A DNA stretch of 64,000 nt, from contig JAVHQB010000093.1 in NCBI GenBank assembly GCA_036170905.1, positions 123-64,122 on the forward strand, read 5' to 3'. The position numbers and the translations under genes were made by a program. The notes below the pieces were generated by a model that made no database searches, was not told the origin of the DNA, and worked only from the letters and a program-made list of their open reading frames with translations. This document shows positions 58,054 through 64,000 of the stretch, one piece after another. Position 1 is the first letter of the stretch; each line of letters starts with the position of its first letter. This stretch comes from Minisyncoccota bacterium (GTDB taxonomy: Bacteria; Patescibacteriota; Minisyncoccia; UBA6257; JAVHQB01).

Positions 58054-58806
58054 TTAGCTTCCGGCAATTCTAAAAATAGTCACTAGCCCTAAGATAGTGA
58101 TAAAAATACCTACGTAAATCTTTAACTTATCGGCAAAAACGCGTTTTACCGTATAGGCAGCAAATGGTACTGCCAGTGTCGCAAAACCAATGAGCATCCA
58201 GACAAGCTTCCAGTCTATGTGCTTTCCACTTATAATATAAATAATGAATCCAACTAAACAAGTAATTGCCTCTGCAAAAGCTGTAATACCAACGGAACTT
58301 TTTGCATTTACGCCTGAGATTAACTGCCCCCCCATAACTAACGGTCCGTATCCGCCTCCGGATATGCCCTTATTAAAAGCCGCCAATAAACTTACCCCGC
58401 ATAACTTACGGAATGAAAATAAAATGGGTTTTTTGTGTGTAACCAGAATGAGGATACCCATAGAAGCAACCAATGCTCCTATGTAGAATGTCAACAGCCG
58501 TTTCGGAACCTTGATCGCCACAACCACCGACACTATAACGCCAATGGTGCTGATCAGCCCAAGGATCAGGGCTGCTTTAAAATCCTTGGAATTAAATTTA
58601 AGATTTACATTACCGGCATTGTGATGGCAAAAACAGGCAGCTATGTCTGTAAATAACTGAGAAATTAAAATTGCCGGAACGACCTTTAGGGAATCATAAC
58701 CCATAATTATCAATATGGGCGCAAGCACAGTACCATATCCCATTCCTAGCCCTGAATCAAGATACTCACTTAAAAATGCTATGACACCTATAAAAAATAT
58801 AGCCAC
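58054..58806 (-). CDS. TSUP-family (TauE/SafE, DUF81) membrane transporter
   Basis: Two repeated 4-helix halves. Gly-rich NKGISGGGYGPL motif. Confidence 0.55.
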   Translation of the reverse strand: MAIFFIGVIAFLSEYLDSGLGMGYGTVLAPILIIMGYDSLKVVPAILISQLFTDIAACFCHHNAGNVNLKFNSKDFKAALILGLISTIGVIVSVVVAIKVPKRLLTFYIGALVASMGILILVTHKKPILFSFRKLCGVSLLAAFNKGISGGGYGPLVMGGQLISGVNAKSSVGITAFAEAITCLVGFIIYIISGKHIDWKLVWMLIGFATLAVPFAAYTVKRVFADKLKIYVGIFITILGLVTIFRIAGS

Positions 58807-58906
58807 CTAATCCTCCTTATGCTGCGCTTTATTTCTTAAAAAACATACGATTATTATACAACCCAGGACCTAAATATCAAGAAGATTGGGCTAATCAGAG
58901 AAAAGG

Positions 58907-59065
58907 TTAGAATAAGGTATAAATAAATGGAGCTACGGCTGAAGACTGGGTAAAAAATATAAGTATTCCTAAGAAAAAAAACATAATAATGATAGGCGCA
59001 AGCCACCACTTCTTCCTTACTTTAAGAAAATCCCATAATTCTTTGACAATTGCCCATCTTGACAT
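58907..59065 (-). CDS. Unannotated 52-aa membrane protein, DUF5989-like
   Basis: Reverse-complement ORF MSRWAIVKELWDFLKVRKKWWLAPIIIMFFFLGILIFFTQSSAVAPFIYTLF. The Shine-Dalgarno AAAGGAGAG sits 6 nt upstream. It follows the SxtJ-like gene with a 14-nt gap. Confidence 0.55.
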   Translation of the reverse strand: MSRWAIVKELWDFLKVRKKWWLAPIIIMFFFLGILIFFTQSSAVAPFIYTLF

Positions 59066-59079
59066 TCAACTCTCCTTTG

Positions 59080-59481
59080 TTAGAATTGCCTTTCGTAATC
59101 AATCGCCGAAAAAACCTTTTTTTCTTTTGGCTTCCAATATGACTGGCTGGTTCGATTAAACCTTCTATCCAGAAGATCAATCTTGAATAGGCGCATAAGC
59201 AACCCTATTGGTGAGAAAACCAAATAAAAAATTACACATAATAATAATCTTGTATTAAACCAACCTAAAATAAATGCGAATTTCATCAAGGTGATGTAAA
59301 AATATTTTAATAGAGCAGGGATAGTAGCTGCAAACAGCAGAAAAGATAACGAGATTAGTGATGTAATAACAGTTGAATGCTTATGTCTAAGAAAGATTAT
59401 CGTTGTAATCACAGCAAAACATGCGGCCATGGTTAAACCGAATTTTCTTAAAGTAGCCCTGTCTGTTTTTATTTTATCCAT
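59080..59481 (-). CDS. SxtJ-like small membrane protein of the kind that accompanies carbamoyltransferases
   Basis: 133 aa, three transmembrane helices. Motifs LRKFGLTMAACFA...GWFNTRLLLCVIFYLVFSPIGLLMRLF...SYW. Placement is immediately downstream of a carbamoyltransferase. Confidence 0.45.
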   Translation of the reverse strand: MDKIKTDRATLRKFGLTMAACFAVITTIIFLRHKHSTVITSLISLSFLLFAATIPALLKYFYITLMKFAFILGWFNTRLLLCVIFYLVFSPIGLLMRLFKIDLLDRRFNRTSQSYWKPKEKKVFSAIDYERQF

Positions 59482-59486
59482 TGCCT

Positions 59487-61304
59487 TTAATCTAATACAA
59501 AATGCTTTTCCCGGTTCTTGTCATTTTCTGATTTAGCCTGAAGCCGTTTATCCAAAAGATAACTTCCTATTACTAAATAATCCATTTCTGTACGCATGAA
59601 ACAGCAAAATGCATCTTCTGGAGTACAAACTAAAGGCTCGCCCCGCACATTAAATGAAGTATTTATTATAACCGGGCAACCTGTTTTCTTGAAAAATTCG
59701 TTTAGCATATCGTAATATAAGGGATTATCCTCTCTCTTAATAGTTTGTGTCCTTGCTGAATAATCAACATGGGTAACTGCAGGGATCAGTGAGCGGGTAA
59801 CCTTAAGCTTATCAAATCCACGTGCCGCATTAAGCGCAACATCCATATCAAATCTCTTATCTTTCTTGACCGGCGTAACCAGAAGCATATACGGGCTTTC
59901 TCTGTCCAACTCAAACCAATTGGCAGCTTCTTCTTTAAGCACTGTAGGAGCAAAAGGACGGAATGACTCGCGATACTTAATCTTAAGGTTCATTTTGGTT
60001 TGCATCTCTTTATTTCTTGCATCACCGAGAATGCTTCTTGAACCCAATGCGCGCGGCCCAAATTCCATTTTCCCTTGAAACCAACCAATTACATTGCCTT
60101 CTGCGATAAGCTGCGCGATAATTCCCGGTAATTCAATACAATCAAGTTTCCTAAACGATATGTTTTGTTTTTTTAGGAAATTACCAATCTCTTCATCGTT
60201 ATATCCAGGCCCGAGAAGGGAGCCCGCTAAAGAATCTTTAATGTTATCAGTGATACGCTTATTTCCAAGATATTTATGCCAAACTAGTAAAGCCGCCCCC
60301 ATCGCTCCGCCGGCGTCTCCGCTTGCCGGCTGAATCCAGATATGATCGAAGGGACCTTCACGCAAAATACGGCCATTGCCTACACAATTAAGCGCTACTC
60401 CTCCGGCAAGACAAAGATTCTTTTGCCCGGTAGTTTTATGTATATGTCCGGCCATCTTCAGCATTATCTCTTCAGTAACTTTTTGAATAGAAGCGGCTAA
60501 ATCCATTTCTTTCTGTGCAATTTTAGATTCGCTTTTACGGGGAGCTCCGCCAAATAAACGTTCAAACTTCCAATTAGTCATACGTAACCCATTACCAAAA
60601 CCAAAATATTCCATATTTATCTTAAAAGAACCATCATCTTTAATATCAACTAGTTTCTTGAGTATCAAATCAACATAATTGGGTTTTCCATACGGAGCAA
60701 GCCCCATAAGTTTATGCTCCCCTGAGTTAACTTTAAATCCAATATAATAAGTAAACGCGGAATAAAGAAGCCCCAAAGAATGCGGGAATTGCAGATAATG
60801 CTGCAGCTCTAGACTATTATCCTTACCTATACCGAAACTTGCAGTTTCCCATTCTCCTACCCCATCAATAGTTAAAAACGCCGCCTCCTTGAATGGTGAG
60901 GGATAAAAAGCGCTGGCAGCGTGAGATTCATGATGCCCGCAAAAAAGAATTTTGCCTCGGTATCCAAGTTGATCTCTAATAATTTCAGGAATCCACAATT
61001 TCTGCTTAAGCCATAAAGGTATGGCTTGAATAAATTGCCTTATCCCTGAGGGAGCGTAAGTAAGTGAAGTTTCAAGAATGCGCTCAAATTTAATGAAAGG
61101 CTTATCATAGAATACCACAAAATCTAAATTGCCTGCACTAATACCGCCTTCTCTGAGGCAATAAACTATAGCATTTTTAGGAAAATTATAATCATGTTTA
61201 CTACGGGTGAACCTCTCTTCCTGTGCTGCCCCAATAATCATACCATCACGCACTAAACAAGCTGCACTATCATGATAAAAGCAAGAAATACCTAAGATAT
61301 TCAT
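59487..61304 (-). CDS. Carbamoyltransferase (NodU/CmcH family), second copy
   Basis: MNILGISCFYHDSAACLVRDG...QEERFTRSKHD. 605 aa. Confidence 0.8.
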   Translation of the reverse strand: MNILGISCFYHDSAACLVRDGMIIGAAQEERFTRSKHDYNFPKNAIVYCLREGGISAGNLDFVVFYDKPFIKFERILETSLTYAPSGIRQFIQAIPLWLKQKLWIPEIIRDQLGYRGKILFCGHHESHAASAFYPSPFKEAAFLTIDGVGEWETASFGIGKDNSLELQHYLQFPHSLGLLYSAFTYYIGFKVNSGEHKLMGLAPYGKPNYVDLILKKLVDIKDDGSFKINMEYFGFGNGLRMTNWKFERLFGGAPRKSESKIAQKEMDLAASIQKVTEEIMLKMAGHIHKTTGQKNLCLAGGVALNCVGNGRILREGPFDHIWIQPASGDAGGAMGAALLVWHKYLGNKRITDNIKDSLAGSLLGPGYNDEEIGNFLKKQNISFRKLDCIELPGIIAQLIAEGNVIGWFQGKMEFGPRALGSRSILGDARNKEMQTKMNLKIKYRESFRPFAPTVLKEEAANWFELDRESPYMLLVTPVKKDKRFDMDVALNAARGFDKLKVTRSLIPAVTHVDYSARTQTIKREDNPLYYDMLNEFFKKTGCPVIINTSFNVRGEPLVCTPEDAFCCFMRTEMDYLVIGSYLLDKRLQAKSENDKNREKHFVLD

Positions 61305-61452
61305 TTTATTGGTTAATTTATACTGCGCTTATTGGCACAGCTAATAACTATATCTTTTAGCACACACAAGTTAATTATATAGCAGATGACTCCGATAACA
61401 AGAAAATTGGCTCAATTAGGGGTTAGCTTGATTTTTTCTTCAAAAACTTCTT

Positions 61453-62934
61453 TCAATATAATTTATTTCCTCTTCTGCCTATTGGGTCAAATCCAAACAA
61501 TTCCTCCAACCGGTGAGGGATCTTTTCGGAAAGAATTGACAAACTTGCGGCAGCCAAAGCTAATTTCTCAGCAAAAAGAGCACAACTTCTTTTATGAGGC
61601 ACGGCAGGATCTCCATTAAAAAAATAGTTAACATTCAAACAGGAACCCGTTGATCGGCAAAGACTAAATAAATCACAATCTTTCTGGCAATGCTCAAACC
61701 GCTTATTTATCTTTTTAATAAACGCCTGAAACTTCCTGTTATCAATACCGCAATCCACCTGCCCCAATTCAAATTCGTGCACCCCTAAAAATGAAGTACA
61801 TGGATAAATCTTACCGTCAATACCCACCGCGATCTGTCCTTTGGCGGCAGGACACCCTCCTGAAACTTCATGGTTATAATATAATCTCTGCATTAGCTTA
61901 AAAAATCGATTGAAAAAAGTCTTGCTGTAATTTAACTTTCCGGAAATAACATCGTCAATGTAACGCAACGCTAACTTTTCATATGCCTCATATAAGAGCT
62001 TATAATTTTCTTCTGTACTAAAAAAACTTGATTCTTGCCCGGGTAAAATTTTATGACAGGCATCTTCGCTCTCAAAAATCTCAATCCGCTCAAATCCTAA
62101 GCCTTTCAGGTGTTCATACAACTTTATCATATCAGTAAAAAATGGAGTTACCGTGGTACGGCCTACCAACCTCTTCATGACTTCTTTAGGCATTCTTCTA
62201 AGATTTAATAAAATAGTATCAAAGCTTCCTTTACGATTAATAAACGGACGATTATTATCATGTATGGCTTTAGGCCCGTCGATACTGACGGCGATTTGCA
62301 CCCCTTTGCTAAGTAATTCTGTAGCTATGGCAGGGGTCAAAAGAGTCCCATTTGTTGCCAATAGAAAATGGAACCTTGTTTTCCATTTTGATTGATTCTC
62401 TCTACAATAATTTACTGTTGCCATAAGCGTTTTAAGATTCAACAAAGGTTCCCCGCCATAAAAGTCAACTACCAAATCCTTATCCCTACCTCGTAATTTG
62501 ACTAAAGTATCTACTGCTTTTAGGGCAGTTTCAACTGACATATGGGCATCTTTAGCATCTTCCTCAGGTTTTCCAGTTTGTTTTTCTAAAAATCGCCAAT
62601 TGGAATATTTGCCGTGATCATTCCAGCAATAAACGCAGCGAAGATTACAACTTGATGTTAAATTAAGAGTTAGATCAGTAAGACAGGCAGATGCGCTCCT
62701 ATCAGTTCCAAATGATATCTTTTTATTAGAAATAGGAAAAGGTTTTATTATTTCAAAGGGGATGTTTAACTTTTTTGCTAAAGCTGTGGCTTCTTGCTTA
62801 GAAGGAGGGAACGAAAAAAGAGATATCTCTTTATTCCACTTTTCTAATAAATTAAATATTTCCGGAGCTAGATCGTAAAAATCTCCCGTAGATGTAGAAA
62901 TACCAATATACCGGCCTAATTTATGGAATAAAAC
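61453..62934 (-). CDS. Radical SAM/SPASM enzyme with a ~65-aa N-terminal extension (possibly a PqqD-like peptide-recognition element); no canonical start codon, so the true start may be an ATT near 62926-62934
   Basis: The annotated ORF (first ATG at 62541) lacks the cluster motif. The same frame stays open for 131 codons upstream to a TAG at 62935-62937 and encodes ...TGDFYDLAPEIFNLLEKWNKEIS...ISFGTDRSASACLTDLTLNLTSSCNLRCVYCWNDHGK. There is no ATG, GTG or TTG in that stretch. AGAGG lies just 5' of three ATT codons. C-terminal SPASM cysteines are present. Confidence 0.55.
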   Translation of the reverse strand, partial: VLFHKLGRYIGISTSTGDFYDLAPEIFNLLEKWNKEISLFSFPPSKQEATALAKKLNIPFEIIKPFPISNKKISFGTDRSASACLTDLTLNLTSSCNLRCVYCWNDHGKYSNWRFLEKQTGKPEEDAKDAHMSVETALKAVDTLVKLRGRDKDLVVDFYGGEPLLNLKTLMATVNYCRENQSKWKTRFHFLLATNGTLLTPAIATELLSKGVQIAVSIDGPKAIHDNNRPFINRKGSFDTILLNLRRMPKEVMKRLVGRTTVTPFFTDMIKLYEHLKGLGFERIEIFESEDACHKILPGQESSFFSTEENYKLLYEAYEKLALRYIDDVISGKLNYSKTFFNRFFKLMQRLYYNHEVSGGCPAAKGQIAVGIDGKIYPCTSFLGVHEFELGQVDCGIDNRKFQAFIKKINKRFEHCQKDCDLFSLCRSTGSCLNVNYFFNGDPAVPHKRSCALFAEKLALAAASLSILSEKIPHRLEELFGFDPIGRRGNKLY

Positions 62935-63061
62935 GACTGGCGAAATTACTTTAATAATAATCTACCTCTAAAAATACAAAATATCTACCTAGTTGTTTGG
63001 TGTGCAACCTGGGTTCTTGTAAAATGCAGACGTTAAGGCTGTTTCGGTTGGCTAAAGAATC

Positions 63062-63160
63062 CTTACCACAAAACCCTACCTGATCGGCAGTAACGAGAAA
63101 GTTTTTTCTTAGCTTTTGTAGTTTTATTTACCTTCTTTACTTTTGCCTTTTTTGCTTTCA
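63062..63160 (-). CDS. Unannotated 32-aa strongly basic peptide (MKAKKAKVKKVNKTTKAKKKLSRYCRSGRVLW); candidate RiPP precursor or small nucleic-acid-binding protein
   Basis: Reverse-complement ORF with the Shine-Dalgarno GGAGGTGA 4 nt before the ATG at 63160. The TAA stop is at 63062-63064. It lies 125 nt upstream of the extended radical SAM gene and is co-directional with it. Confidence 0.4.
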
Positions 63161-63352
63161 TTGGTTCACCTCCGTTATAAGAAATTATACTACTAATTAA
63201 ACTTAATACAACTAAAAATATACGTTGTTAATTACCACTGCTTATCGTTCTAAGTACTACTCTGGCTTTAATGAATTCTGCTAAACTTTCCGCAATTATA
63301 ATGTTGCCTCTATGGATAAAATGGCTGAAGATATTAATTTAAAATGAATAAG

Positions 63353-64000
63353 CTAATTTCTGGTTAAACGTAATTTAAGAAGACAGAATATGCTGCTGAT
63401 ACCGTCTCTCCAGCCGATCTTTTTGCCTTGATGATAAAAACGTGACTTATAGGATATAGGGATCTCAGTTATCTTATAGCCTTGTTTGAGGATCTTAGCC
63501 GTAATTTCCGGCTCTATCTCAAACCTGCTGGAGGAAAGATTTAATTTTTTTATTAAATCCAATCTTACAAGCTTATAGCAAGTCTCCATATCGGTTAAAG
63601 CAGACCCGAAGAGAATATTAGTAAAAGTGGTAAGGGATTTGTTTACAAGATAGTGCCAAAAAGAAGTAGTCCGCCAGGTCTTGAGGAAACGCGACCCGTA
63701 TACTATGGCTAAGTTATTCTTTAGGGCATAATCAACTAAAGCCACATAATCTTGCGGATTATATTCTAAGTCCGCATCCTGCGGTATAACAAATTCACCC
63801 CGGGCATTTTCGATACCGGTCAAAAAAGCAGCGCCTTTGCCTCTGTTTTTAGCGCAATAGATAATCTTTATATCTTTGCCTTCAATCTCACTCAATAGAC
63901 CAACAGTACCGTCGCTAGAGCCGTCATCAACCACAATAATCTCCTTATCCACATCCACAGAACATATCTTCTCTAAGATATCCTTTAGGGTGCTTACTTC
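63353..64000 (-). CDS. GT2 polyprenyl-phosphate glycosyltransferase (DPM1/GtrB-like); N-terminus lies beyond the window edge
   Basis: IIVVDDGSSDGT and VIPQDADLEYNP are the DxD/DAD motifs. The frame is open to position 64000, so the GTG 'start' at 63958 in the ORF track is internal. Confidence 0.65.
   Translation of the reverse strand, partial: EVSTLKDILEKICSVDVDKEIIVVDDGSSDGTVGLLSEIEGKDIKIIYCAKNRGKGAAFLTGIENARGEFVIPQDADLEYNPQDYVALVDYALKNNLAIVYGSRFLKTWRTTSFWHYLVNKSLTTFTNILFGSALTDMETCYKLVRLDLIKKLNLSSSRFEIEPEITAKILKQGYKITEIPISYKSRFYHQGKKIGWRDGISSIFCLLKLRLTRN

Noticed and set aside
61386-61619. Plus-strand 77-aa ORF spanning the radical SAM / carbamoyltransferase junction
   Set aside because: It overlaps the 3' end of the minus-strand radical SAM gene and the intergenic spacer. 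It has no Shine-Dalgarno and a low-complexity sequence, so it is probably non-coding.
63062-63160. Identifying the 32-aa basic ORF as a ribosomal protein (bL34, bL36 or bL32)
   Set aside because: It lacks the CxxC...CxxxxH zinc ribbon of bL36 and the bL34 consensus (…RTFQP…HGFR…). Only the general Lys-richness is similar, so I left it as an unknown.
1-64000. CRISPR arrays, tRNA or rRNA genes, integrases or phage genes
   Set aside because: There are no short regularly spaced direct repeats, no cloverleaf-like GC-rich ~75-nt islands in the few intergenic gaps, and no recombinase-like ORFs. Essentially the whole window is occupied by biosynthetic CDSs.

Overview
This is an AT-rich bacterial window with a coding density near 95 percent and almost no intergenic space. 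Genes run on the minus strand from 1 to 44818, then a short plus-strand pair at 45044-47616, then minus-strand genes again to the window end. The order and overlaps suggest one or a few long operons. I found no rRNA, tRNA, CRISPR array, transposase or integrase.

The content is a very large surface-glycan (O-antigen, capsule or teichoic-like) assembly and export locus. Standard parts present are:
- an initiating WecA/MraY-family polyprenyl-phosphate sugar-phosphate transferase
- GT4 and GT2 glycosyltransferases
- a UDP-galactopyranose-mutase-like flavoprotein
- a Wzm/Wzt ABC-2 exporter
- several ArnT/PMT-like GT-C glycosyltransferases
- a GtrB/DPM1-like polyprenyl-P-sugar synthase and a UbiA prenyltransferase
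- a CE4 deacetylase and two NodU/CmcH-type carbamoyltransferases
- a WbuX-like PP-loop sugar amidotransferase with a separate Ntn glutaminase
- a secreted clan GH-A glycosidase

What makes the locus unusual is how many oxygen-independent tailoring enzymes it carries:
- at least 18 radical SAM genes: 11 SPASM/twitch-type, 10 of them in a tandem paralog array at 1-11982 (one frameshifted, one fused to a GT2 domain), plus 7 B12-binding-type that are interleaved with the GT-C genes
- 5 peptidase-U32-family proteins, including a UbiU/UbiV-like pair; this family supplies O2-independent hydroxylases
- 4 paralogous multi-pass membrane proteins that match no family I recognise
- a Wzt ATPase with a triplicated C-terminal module
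- an exact 1647-bp tandem duplication of one GT-C gene
- a SPASM radical SAM gene with a long N-terminal extension and no canonical start codon, sitting just downstream of an unannotated, strongly basic 32-aa ORF with a strong Shine-Dalgarno; this is a RiPP-like pairing
- an unannotated 52-aa DUF5989-like ORF that completes a carbamoyltransferase / SxtJ / DUF5989 triad

All functional calls rest on motifs read directly from the translated sequence. No database search was run.
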